A stretch of DNA of 64,000 nt. It comes from Dimorphilus gyrociliatus (lineage: Eukaryota > Animalia > Annelida). Under the pieces are notes generated by a model. The model saw nothing but the letters and a program-made list of their open reading frames with translations, did no database searches and was not told the origin of the DNA. The stretch spans positions 833,034-897,033 of the forward strand of contig CAJFCJ010000023.1 of NCBI GenBank assembly GCA_904063045.1, in the 5' to 3' direction. This document shows positions 42,001 through 54,599 of this stretch, piece by piece (position 1 is the first letter of the stretch; every line of letters starts with the position of its first letter). Both the position numbers and the translations under genes were made by a program.

Positions 42001-45000
42001 GAAGATATAGAGGAAGAAAAGGGAGGAAAGACATTAATTAACGGTTTTTTCCCGCTGAAAATAAATTACTTAAATGGTATCGGAAGGCATTTTATTTAAT
42101 GGACCATTGGCGGTCAAACGTTATCTTTTATCACTCAAAATCCATTTGATTCGTTTAAAATACGATAATTTCTGATTAAACGGAAAGACTATATCACACT
42201 ATCGTTACTCTTAGAAATATGACATTTATAATTCGCCTTGTAATTAATTTCTTTGGCAGGTGTTTCTTCCTTTTAAAAAGTGCTTAACAAGTGTTTGCAC
42301 GGGATTTGTATGGTGCTAGAAACTGGCGGTAAAAATTGGTGATGCCCTTCAGATTCAGATTGATAACAGTAATATACAATATCCTTTGGTACAGTGCGAA
42401 TGCATTCAATGTTACGAGTAGTGTGAACGAACCAACTACTAGGAACGGATGAATGAAGGGCAAAGAGTATAGGGGATACTGCAAATATCATAAACTACTT
42501 GTATCGTATTCGCTCTATAGAATACGTAGTATGATCTTCCTAGTACTTATATAAAAATCATTTAAGACTAGTAAAAGTAATTATAATTTTTTTAATGACT
42601 TTCTTCTTCCTCTTCTTTTCTCTTTTCTTCTTTTCTTTCCCATCCTAAAGAGAAGGAAAACAATTAAAACCAAAAAATGGTTAGTCAGTAGATAGATATA
42701 GGATAATAATCTAATGAAAATGATAATGTTGCTATGATGATCAGATTTCGATTAAATTTTCATGCGTCTCTTGCATTACAGACGATACAAGCTATTTTTA
42801 GATAAACAAGCTTTTTTCTTCCTATTTTTAAAATGCTTATATGTAGAACCGTATGTTTTTCATTAGTCTCTCAAGACGATTGCAGCTCTCCTAATGGAAA
42901 ATGAGTTTATGCGCATTGATATCGTAATTATTTCTTTGTAACAAAGAAATATTTTTAATCAAAAAAAAATAGAAAGTAGGAAAAAGATGGGGAAATAGAG
43001 TAGGAGAGAGAATAAAAGGACAGACTATTTACAGTCTATACTGCAAAAAGAACGAGAGACAGAGACAGAGAGGTAGGGGGGATGGTGAAGGGATAATAAG
43101 ATAAGAGAAATAAGGAAAGTTTGAGGTAGGCGAAGGGGAAGAGAAAACCACTGAATATAAATTCAAAGGTAATCTTAATGTCATATCATTATATTCAAAG
43201 ATTTGCGTTATTCGATTGAGAGAGAGAGAGAAATTGAATGCTCTTTTCGTATTTTTCTTCATTTTCTGGATAAAATTCTTTCGAAAGCTTTTCTAAATGG
43301 TGCATTCAACACATTAGAGTAGTTGTATGCAAACAAAATAAAGGAAAACATCGAGTTGATTCAATAAAATCGTTCATTAGCCATTCTAATCATATTAATA
43401 ACCTTAGGGAAAAAATTTACGTTATTAATCATTCGACCTATAAATGAGGTTATAATTTACTGCTTACCTAAATGAAACTTATACGTTAACTATGGAAAGA
43501 TGTAAGTAGGTTGAGTTTATAATGAGGATAAAAGCTATAAATAATTACCTAGATATATTTTCAAATGACATAAACAAGATATATTTATAAACATCATATC
43601 GTTGTTGGATGTCATTGCAATAAACAAAATTCATCATTAAACTTACAACCTTCCCAATAGGCTATTTCACAAACAGTAAACCCAGCGAGGAGGAGGTTAT
43701 CTATGCAAATTTCTTCTTCATCGTTGTGCTTTTCTTTCTTTCTTTACCTGCAAAATGTTTATAAAGGTATATCTCTATTGTTTTGAAAAGAAATTGATTA
43801 TGATATATGGGTGTGTGTCTATATATGATAGAAATGAAGAGAGAGAGAGAGAGAGAGAGAAGAGAAGGAATGCAAAATAAATAGTAGTGATAAAGAGGGA
43901 TCTTTCTTTCTTGGCTGCTTATTATCGTTGTTCTATTCATAATGAACAAATGCTTGAATGGAATAAATGCATGAAAGAATAAATGAATGATCGATCCAAT
44001 GATGTAGGGATTGTGTAGAGAAGAGAGGAATGAAAAACATATATACAGTATATACAATATATATTTTTCTGAAAAGACTACAACAGATAGATTCACTAAA
44101 AATATTATTAAATACAATAAACAATGACTAAATAATTCATAGGCGGCATGTTCTTGTATACTGTATACTGTATTTAATATGTTTAACATATTTATTTCAT
44201 TGACGTTTAACATTTCTATTAAACTGTTTCAAAGGTATTTTACTAATTTTTTTCCAAGTATACAAGACTGCTTGGATCTTCACAATGCCGCAATTGCATT
44301 CATCCATCGTTACCTTAGCCTTCCTCTAACCCTCTTAAATAACTTAATATAACTTTCTTTTCGACTGTCTATATCGGTGTTAGCTTACTTATCAAGCTCG
44401 ACTTTGAGCTATAAATATATAGGCTTACGGTATACTATACATTTTGTAATTGAAAATTCAACGATATTTAGCTTAGAATTACAGGTAAGAAAATACTTCA
44501 ATATAATGTACATTATAGAGCTGGAAAGTATATTTTAATAATACTATTCATGTTTACGGTAATAGTACTGTAGTAATTGTATATTGGGTGTCTGCTACTA
44601 TTCTTATTGAGTGTGATAGACAGTCTATGCTTATTGTTTAGTTGAAAGCAAAAAAGGAACATTTTTGCCATCTATAGTTTTACTAGATGGAAGAATGAAA
44701 TATACATAGAAGCCTCCACTTCCTTTTGGGATTAGTACGGAGGGCGGAAGGAACGAATAAGAATCCTGAATTTCGCACTTTCTCTCACTCTCTTCTCTCT
44801 TTTTATGTTAATTTCATTTGGGTGGTCGTGCGAAGGCTTGAAGGTGTCGAAAGATAAACGACTAGTCAAGAAAATAGATAGAAACGGCGAGAAAGAATCA
44901 TTGAATAGTTTCAAGGGATTTCACTAAATCCCCCTTGGATGGAGCCAATTCGACTGAAACCTGGCAAAGTCTACTTTATCTAATTGTAATGAAAAATTTA

Positions 45001-45049
45001 TAATCGTCTGATTATATATTGGAAAGATGTAGTAAAAAAAACCTGTTAC

Positions 45050-45085
<36 letters not shown>

Positions 45086-47983
45086 AGAGAGCTAAAGATG
45101 TAAGGAAAGCAAATTTCTGGTTGAACGCGTAAAAGGGATGTAATCTTTATTAACTAATCAAAAATAAAGCATTAATTTCGATAACGGTCAATACGAAAAA
45201 CTAGAGGAAAATGACCATAAAGCAGTCTTAATTAAGTAATCGTTGCAATAATCAAATGCCATCTATGCACGCTTCTCTTATTAGGGAAGGGAAACACTAA
45301 AAGAGTTCGATAAGCTTGTAGCAAACTTTGTATAATTGATTAATCTTATACTTGCCTTTAATTTGGTACTTAAGGAGCCTGTAGAATGTTAGAGATTTCT
45401 CCAATCTATTTTACAAGGGAAACTTTTAAGGCCTGAATTTCAGTGGATTTCCTTCAAACTAGCTGCTCATTTCAAACTCACTGTTAATTGATTCGATATG
45501 AGATATAGGCCTCATTTATTTTTAGAATGTATATAGTATACAGAATAGGCGAGGAGATAATAGAAATTTCTTAAGTAAGAGGAAATGTTACATTATTTAA
45601 GCCACTGCACTTATATTGCAGGGAAGAAAACGAAGGGAAAAGTTTCATTTATTTTCTCCTCCTTTTTTCTCTTCATCTTCCTCCACTGACCCCTTTCTTC
45701 CATTCTGTGATTTGTTTTCATCCTCTCTTCCTTAAGATTTCATATCTCTAAATATTTTCCTACCTATATAAACTAATTCTATTAACTTTGTTCGTCAATG
45801 ATTCGCCGCTTTTCCTTTCATCCTCTCTTTTGTCTGATAATAGACGTAATATTTTCAAGTTAGTTCCTTTGATTCCTTTTCCTTGATTAGATTATTTAGC
45901 ATAGTCTTAAAAAGTCTGTCTTGTCTTTTTTTCCTTATTGGCCTACAATTAAAAATTTTATACAAGTAAGCGATTTCCACGCAGAAAACTAGGTCAGTTA
46001 ATTATCAGGTATTTAATCTCCATGGTGAAGAGTTACTTATAGCACTTAATGCTTTATTAAGGCTATAATGTTCATAAATTCTAATATTGTCAAGTGTAGC
46101 AAGCTACCATTAAATATTTTGTTGAATCATCTACGGGAATGTTTGGACGTCTCCTAATTCGAGGAGAAGGAAGAGTAGAAAGAGAGAATGTTGACAGAGT
46201 TAACAAGATGAAATATTTTGTTCGCCTGCTATTTTAAGCACAAATAGTTTCTTGTTGTAAAAATATAACTATTGATTAAACGTCTATCTCACCTAGAATA
46301 TCCGTTTTTCTTAAAGAAAATTATTCGTAGTTTAATGTAACTTTGAGCTAAAACGACATGGCATACGTTGAATAATATTTTGAAGTATTAACAATAGTAG
46401 TAACAGCTATGACGATAACAACTTGGGGGAAGAATAAACCCGTAGACGAGATGTTCTCACTTGTCTTTTCTTCTATAGATATATAGAGATTATGAGAGAT
46501 TACATTTATTAAGGGAAGAGAATAACAATTAAAGAGAGAGAGAGGAAGAGGAATAGAAAAAGAAGAATAGAAACGTAAAATTAATATTTTGTTATGGGTA
46601 TAAAAAAAAAAGAGAGAAAAGAAAAGTGACAAAACTATTAAAGAGTATAAACGCTTATTATGAATTTTGCGCAATATGCTAACACATACGGCAGATACAA
46701 TTATAAACATGTATACTGTATGCAGTATATGGAGTAAGTGCGTGAATACAAACAACTGTTAATACTATACTGCATAGAAAGGGGAAATGTATATTCCGTG
46801 TATTGTGTATATTAGCGTGTTTTGAAGAAAAATCTTGGCTTTATTTGACAAATAAGAGTATAGCGTTAGCAGTTTATTGTTTCTTTTATTCTATTAATTT
46901 GATAAGATATTAACATTTCTATGATTAAATAACACAAGTAAAAATATTATGAATGTGGTAAAGTGTGTAAATATAAGTATAAATAGATATATATTACTAT
47001 ATATATACAGTATATACAGTTTATATTTATTTATGTACAATGATACTATACTAATTAATTAATTATTAATTAATTAAACATTATAATAAATATTATATAT
47101 TTGTAAAATACACTTTACATGTTGTACTGTATTTACTGGACTTGTATATACTATTACATACAATGCATCTCCTCCTCTTTAGACGCATTCTTAAAAAGAA
47201 CTTGTTAAGCTGTTCTTATGAAGATGAATAAAATTTGACTTTGTTTAATAATTCGTTAGTGGGAAGACTATCTCAAATTTAAAATAGAGGAAAAATCTGG
47301 TCTGTTTGAAATTCTAGAGACTGTATCATATTAAGACTATACAATTGTACCATATATACTGTATATACTGTATATATTTGCTTTATGTATGTCATAGGTC
47401 TTCAATTCGTAGAGTTTTTATTGAAAATCTTCTCGTACAGTAGACTATATTTATGGTTGAGACTGTGTAATTTCTTATTAAAATTAATACGAAAATTGAC
47501 TATTATTCCTTTGAAACAGAGCACGAAGAAGAAATTGATCTCATGGTTCAGTTAGATGACAACGAACATATTGTCCACCTCTTCGAAAGAACGTTTGAAA
47601 ACGCCGAAGATATAGCAATGGATGCTTATCTTATCCTTTTTTCTATTGCCGACAAAAGTTCATTTAAGAAAGCTGAAGAATTTTGCCCGAAAGCTTCTCA
47701 TAAGACATCAGTTCTGGTTGGAACAAAGACCGATTTAGCGAGATCAAGAGTTGTGAAAGAAGAAAAGGGGAAAAAGTTGGCGTCAAAGAATAAGATAAAA
47801 TATTTCGAAACATCGACAGTCCTACATCACAACGTTGATGAACTTTTGACTGGAGTGATAAAGCAAATTTTAAAGAACCACGAAAAGAGGTCACGTATAA
47901 AAATGCCAAAAGTGGCCAAGGGAATCTTTCAAAGTATGAGGCGAAGAACAAGCCAATATAGCGAAGATTTGTTTCGACGCTAG
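36075..47983 (+). CDS. Rgk: RGK-family (Rad/Rem/Gem/Kir) Ras-like GTPase, 310 aa, 2 exons
   Basis: Exons 36075-36543 (ACCATGG start; G|GTTGGT) and 47520-47983 (AAACAG|AG), phase 1. N-terminal VRVRSFSCTEGGLLNHGD motif; P-loop GASGVGKT; DAYLILFSIADKSSF; VGTKTDLARSR; FETSTVLHHNVDELL. Confidence 0.9.
37347..37363 (+). promoter_or_regulatory. Perfect DR5 nuclear-receptor element AGGTCA-tttgc-AGGTCA in the RGK intron
   Basis: Two consensus half-sites with 5-nt spacing seen directly. Confidence 0.45.
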
Positions 47984-48453
47984 CTAAATCTTTTAAATGA
48001 ATCAAACAAACAGAAACTTAAAAACAAATTGGACGATTTTCTTTTCTCTTTATTTTTATCTTTTGCTGAATTTTTTTCAAAACTTGAACAAAAATATTTT
48101 TTCGATATTAGTGAAAGCTTTCTTTATCTTCTCTTTACTTTTATCATATTCCTCTTCATCTTTCTTTCTCATGTTTCTTTCTTTTACTTTTCTATACAGT
48201 ATTCTTTTTAATAGATAATCACCTCCAATCAATCCTCCTCGTTTGTATAAAACAAACAAATTTCCAAGCAACGCTCAATAGTCTTTTATTTAGTATTCAT
48301 TTCAACTTTATTTTGGAAACTTATTTGTTAGAATACTGTACTTAGCAACCATTTTTAAATGGGAGGGAATAAGAGAGGCGGGGGTGAAAATGGAGGAAAG
48401 AGTCACAGAGAGAGAGAGAGAGAGACAGGTCATTTGCAAGGATTCTTACTTGC

Positions 48454-48463
48454 AGATGGCGCT
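48454..48463 (+). promoter_or_regulatory. CTCF-like motif (TGC)AGATGGCGCT 3' of RGK
   Basis: Exact core seen; function inferred. Confidence 0.35.
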
Positions 48464-49938
48464 TTAGGAGAACGATACTAATCGGTTTAACTATTTCTCA
48501 TTTACTTTCTTTTATAGTTCCCAGTCAGTAAATGCGATCTTGAGTAATTATCAACTCTCTTCTTTTGCTTACTTTCAATAAAAGATTACCTTTTCGTTGG
48601 GCTGATTAATAAATTCACCTTATCAATTGGCCTATTTTCTTATAGAAAAGGAGTAAATAAAAGGTAAAAATAATGTTTTCTTATGGGAGAGAGAGAGAGA
48701 AAGAGAGAGAGAAATGCAATAAGGAAAAAGCAAAGAATTTATAACTAAATGTGGAATGAAAAATGAACAGAGCACGAAACAGGAAAAAAACAAAAAATTA
48801 TTATTGATATCCCATATAATCAAACGCCTTAAAGTAGTCTTAATAGTTAATTAAAGTATATTATAGAGTAAGCGAAAGGGAAAATGTGGCAGAGAAACGA
48901 ATGATGCGAAATGCTTTGCTCAATGTGTGAATAATCAAAAATAGTTGCTCCTTAAGAAAAGAGAAGAAGAGTGAAATATAGAATATTTTACAAGTCAATC
49001 AATTTGTATGTTATTATGAATATGGTGAAGTTTTTGAGGAGGAAGGACGAGATAGGTGAGGAAAACAATACAAAAAAAGGTAGAACAAGCGAAAGAAAAA
49101 GACGAAATGACGGAAAAGAGAATGAAAGGTGGATTGAAAGCTATTTTCTTATTAATTGCCTTTGACTATTTTTTATGTAAAGAGAAAAAGAGAGTGAGAA
49201 GGGAGAATGTCATTTCGACACGAATGTCTCTTTATACCCTCAACTGTTTTCATTTGCTCTATAAGAATGCAATTTCCTTAGTTTCCTTACACAGGCCTAA
49301 GGAGATAAGAAGCAACTTATACACAATCGCAACATTTAAGTAATGGGCTACCGGAAAAATAAAGCTCTATTGAAGGACAAAAGGGTCGTTGAACGAATGA
49401 GAGGAATTTAACAGACAAATAAAATAAATAAATAAATCATATATTGATTGCTAATTTAAGTTTAGCATGAATCTTTTCCTTAAAAGGTTAACCCTAACCC
49501 TAACTTTCTAAGAAAGACCTTATAGGCAGTACAAGCTACCTAACAGTTTAAAAATGATTATTCACTCTTCTTTGTTCATACGAAGCGGCTCTAATCGCAA
49601 GCTTTGATATTTAAGATCAAGAAATAAGGGTTGGGTGTTGTCGTTTTAAAAAATGCTGAATATGATAGAGAAAGGGGAACCTTCTTGTTCATTTAACAGA
49701 CACATTTTAATCTGTAAAGATGCTATCAACGAATAATTTTTTTATTACATTACAACCATAACCTTCACTATCACCATCCTCCGTTAAATATCATCAATGC
49801 TCTCCTCTTTTCCCCTCTTGTATCCTTTGTAGTGTCCTTTTCTTGATTAATTCACTTAGACAAACCCCCGTTTACCTCTTACTGAAAATAGTACGTACAA
49901 TGCAGTGCGTTATCATTTATTTTGCTAGTTTATCAGAT

Positions 49939-49948
49939 AGGTGGCGCT
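49939..49948 (+). promoter_or_regulatory. CTCF-like motif AGGTGGCGCT between RGK and the channel gene
   Basis: Core seen; function inferred. Confidence 0.3.
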
Positions 49949-52900
49949 TTCAGTTGAGGCTCGTTTTTAATTTTATCTCATTTTCTTGTCTTTCTCATTC
50001 AATAATTCATTTATTCGTCATTCTTTATTAGCGTATACTTTATTCTTATAAGACAAAATCCCTAAAGAGGAAAAAAGGAAAGCAAATGAGGAGGACGAAA
50101 GAAAATTGATGAAGAAAAAAGTTGCCATTTTAATTAAATTTAACAAGTACAAAGACAACGGAAATGAAGAAAAAGTGTAGTATAGTGGAAAATTGAAAGC
50201 GAGTTTATGGGTAAAGAGATAATCCTTAAGAAGGGACGGAGAAAGGAAAGTGAAAATAGAAGAAAGGAGCTAAAATTTCATTCAGTATTCCATCATTTTC
50301 TTAATAGGCAAAGATTTTTGAATATTTGAAGAATCAATAAATTTAAAAGAAGATGCTACGTTTCGCTATCCAAGCAGAAAGAGGCTCAAGTTGAAATTTT
50401 TATCAATAATCGTTTCATCAACAAAAGTTACATAGGATCCATTTAAAAAACACTATATATTTTATTAGGGATATAATATTTTCCTTAGGGACATTCATCA
50501 TTGACTAATTGGTTATTGGGAGTATCTTTTCGGTTACTTTAAGCTAACCTTTCAGAATGATAGTTTTGTATTTTACAAAAGCAAAACTAAATAAATAAAC
50601 TCTTTATTCTCAAATGAATAGTTTAACACGAAATTTTCCAATGGAACGATTCGTCAACGATGAATATAAATCTCTTATTTTTACTTTTACTACTGCAAAA
50701 CAATACAAATATCATTATGCACTTACAATTGTTTTTTCCTTCCTATATCTCTTTACCTTCTCTATCTAGTTTACAATATTTGTATCTGTATTTCCTTGTT
50801 ATTATTCAGATATGTCTCTCCTATTACTGTGATCATTGGTAAACTATGTAATCTTTCTTAGAGTATCATTCCAACGGCTATAAATGATTTACTCACCTCC
50901 TCTTTGCTTTTCTCTATTATCATTAAATATAGAGAAGGGGAAAGTAAGTTTTTATAGAGAGAGAGGAGGGAAGGGGACGAGAGGAAGGGTTACGGAGTGG
51001 CAGAGCTTTTAATTATAACCAATTTTATTAACAATCTGTATTAATGTTTGTATACGAATATAAGAATACTCGGAATTCGAATACAGGTATTTTTAGAATC
51101 GCATGTACAGCCATGGGAGACGGTTTCAGATGATAGTATTACAATGGTAGATGTACTTATCACATAGAGTGCGAAAAAGAAGGCTTATAATTAAGAATAA
51201 ATAATGCAGAGACCGTTTTTCCTTAGAATAAAATTAGAGAAAAAAGTCGAAAAAGTATTCTTAACACTAGATCAGGAGTAATAGCTATTACTTCGATATT
51301 CGGGAAGGTAAAAATAGAAGAGTACTTGATATTTATGTAATAGGATAAATCGTATAGAAGGAGATAAGACATAAGTTGCCTAAGAGCTCATCCTATAGCA
51401 ATAATAGTAATTATAAAATATTGAAATTTTTCTTATATTAAAAATGATTACAATAGACTGCATAGACAATAGAATTACATAAAATAACGTTGAAAAATAT
51501 ATAGTGGAGGGAGATCTTCTGGTTTAATTGGCCCAATAGTCATTAATCTTGAACCTGGACGAGAAATTGCGTATTAACATCCCATATAACTTCGTTAGGT
51601 TGGAATAACATTGCTCACTGCTCTATAGTTGACATATCAGTTATAAATATTTGTTAAGTAAAAGAAAATATTGGATGTTTCTTTACTTTCCAAATTTATA
51701 GTATTGGATCTGGAACGAACGAGGGGAACAGTTACAAAAGAATCTCCTTCCAACAGTCTATACTCTACCGGTAAAAATCTATCTCCCTCCCCCTTCCTCC
51801 CCCATTGTAGGCATGTTTTTGGTAACGTTATACTACGCATAGTTCTTAACTCTTCGTGTATTCACACAAACTTTATACGGTGAAAAAAAAAGGAATTACG
51901 CAAGTGTCAGTCCAAGGAGAAATATTCTAATTTACCGAATGACACCTTAATAATTAATAAAAGGCCTCTCTAGGTCAAACTGAAACGAACTATTCTAAAA
52001 AAACATTTAGTTCCTTTTCAATGAAGATACAAATTGAAAAAATCATTAAAAGAAGCAAAACTACATGAATACTTTTTGAAGAGAAAGAAAAGCAGAGAAA
52101 AAAGGGGAAAGAAAGAAAAACAGGAAAAATCATATACACAGTATACAAGGCCATTTGTTTAGAATATAATGTTTTCGTTTATTTCCTCTGTAGGTTACAT
52201 ACCAGAAAATAAATGTATTTACCCTGCGCTATGTCCAAAATTGCGTTTACTCACATAGTTGATGTATACAGTATACCATACACTTTGTATATATTGTACA
52301 TACTATATCCACTATTAGTATGTTTGCATAAAGGCTGATACAATTTCGTGAGATCATTGCATTGATGATATACGTACAATTATATTACATTAGTTAATCC
52401 TCATTTTCTCAACACATCTTCCCTTCATCAACCTCGCTAATTTACACTCGGTTTCTCGATAACGAATCGTTGGACGAAACTTTTCTCTATGTTTTTTCTT
52501 TGCCCATCTCTTTCTCTCTCTCTCTCCTATCTACAATTTTCATACATTCGCTCATACAAAATCACTTCCTTTATCCACCTCTGGTGAAGGAAGTTTACTC
52601 TAGTCCTCTTAATAATTCGATTGGATTATCTCTGAATCGAGTTGACTAAATAAATACTTTTAGTAATACAATCGCTTGTCGCTAGAAACAGCAGAGATAA
52701 GGGACGGAAGCGGACAATAAAGCAATATTTATATTGACTAAAAGTTAGAAGAGAGAGAAAAGTTGCTTCTCGTTAGGTAGAATGGTTATCTAATTGATCA
52801 ATGTCAGAGAATGCTATTTCTTAAACATTCCTAGCGAATGGATGTATAGCTATGCTGATTAAATCAACAGTCTCTTTTTCTAATTGGATTCATACAGCTC

Positions 52901-53398
52901 GGAAATACACATTGTGCAATTAGCATAAAGAGCCAAATTGAAAGAGATAATCGAAATGATTAAATAAAGTTGTACGTGTTATGAAAAACTTTTAAAGTAG
53001 CCTTAGTAGTCTCTAAAGGGAAAGAGAAGACAAGGAAGAGAGAGAGAGAGAGAAAGATAATTGAGATACGAAGCAAAATGTGAAAAGCGTGGGTTCAGTT
53101 TATCCACAGTATAGCTTTAAAAGGTACACCAATAAGTTTTACATACAATATATACTAAATACATTTTATATTTATGCATAATAGATTTAAACATTAGAGT
53201 ATCTGTTGTAAAGAAATATGGGTAGATTTTTATTAAGTTATCTCCCATATTAAATACTGATAATTGAATAAACACAATTCGACATAGGTTAGTTTCTTTT
53301 AAGCGTCGCATATGGAGAGTATATGAATTTATATAATCGCTACCAAAGTTGCGCATATTTTATTGACTTGCCGCATTCGTTTCTCATTATTCCCTCGA

Positions 53399-54562
53399 AT
53401 GGCGGCCACACTACTCTTTCTACTGTCACTGAACTTGGCGTAAGTGTTTCTTTCTTCTTTTCTTCATTTTTCCATTCTCTCTTACATTTTGTTTATTATT
53501 TATTTCAACAATCATCTTTCCTCTCTTTCATTTCTCTGTGGCCAGTAGGATATTCTACGTCAACATAAATACACCAAGTTCGTTTATAGTAGTGTAAAAC
53601 ATCTCATGCTATCTGTCTCTCTATCTTCTTTATTCATTCCTCCCTTTCAGCTTCGTTTCATTTACTAATTTTCACCTTTATCGCCCCTGACTAAGAAGCC
53701 AAGTAGTATTGCCGGAAGGAAATCTGACAAATTTCGATTTACTTTTAGGGTCACAAGTTGTAAAAATACCACAGAAATGCATAGAATAGTAACTGATCTC
53801 CTGGCGGAAAATAAATATGACGGAGAAGTTCGACCAAATATCGAAACTGGACAACCAGTAGTGTGCTTAGTAAACTTTCGGATAAATTCTATGTCAGCTC
53901 TGAGAGAAACGTCAATGGTTAGTATGAATTAAAATTATTGATTTTTAAAAGTAGAGATAAAGTAAAGGAAAGATATAAGGAGAAGGAGAAGGAGAGGAAG
54001 AAGGAATAGGGCAGAGAGAGAGAGGAGAAAACAGGAATGAAAGGCAAAAATATTTTTTCCTTCTACGATAAATGAATAGGGGAAGCTAACAAAAAGAAAA
54101 TTTGATTGTTGTTGTAAATTATAACAATTAACATTGAAGGGAAAACAACAGTTGATAATTGATTCAGTATTGAAATCGTTCAAGTCCTAAAGTGTTAATA
54201 GTAAACATTGTAAACATTCGTCACGAAAGTAGCATTGTTGGACTATTTAAAAGAAAATCTAAGCTTAAAGAAATGCAGAATGAAAGAATTTTTAACTTTT
54301 AAAGCTCACTTTCTTTATATCTCTATTATTCTAAAGTGTTTAATCTCTTTTAAATATTTCCTCCCTAGTTTTAATAATTTAATAATAATCGACATTTGAA
54401 AGCCAAACATTTCAACAAACAAAACGATTACTCGATTACTTAAACGTCTCTTTATATTACATCAAGTTAAACGAAACCAAATAGGTTTTATATATGCTTA
54501 GTATATGTATTTAGTCTTACGATTAGAATTTGAATATTAGCTTGAAAGAGATAGGTCTGGAT

Positions 54563-54599
<37 letters not shown>

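Noticed and set aside
42297-42323. miR-29-like sequence on the minus strand (UAGCACCAUACAAAUCCCGUGC)
   Set aside because: The seed and part of the 3' end match, but the flanking sequence has no complementary star arm, so no pre-miRNA hairpin forms.
42273-42491. Overlapping antisense ORFs (72 and 66 aa) nested in the RGK intron
   Set aside because: No recognisable motif, promoter or splice support.
44913-44937. Small hairpin GGGATTT-CACT-AAATCCC
   Set aside because: An isolated 7-bp stem with no RNA gene or MITE context.
47981-48211. Possible stop-codon readthrough of RGK (TAG-C followed by 75 open codons)
   Set aside because: The extension is T-rich F/L/S sequence that naturally lacks stops, so chance is a sufficient explanation.
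52349-52372. bantam/miR-80-like start TGAGATCATTG
   Set aside because: The 3' half diverges and there is no hairpin partner.
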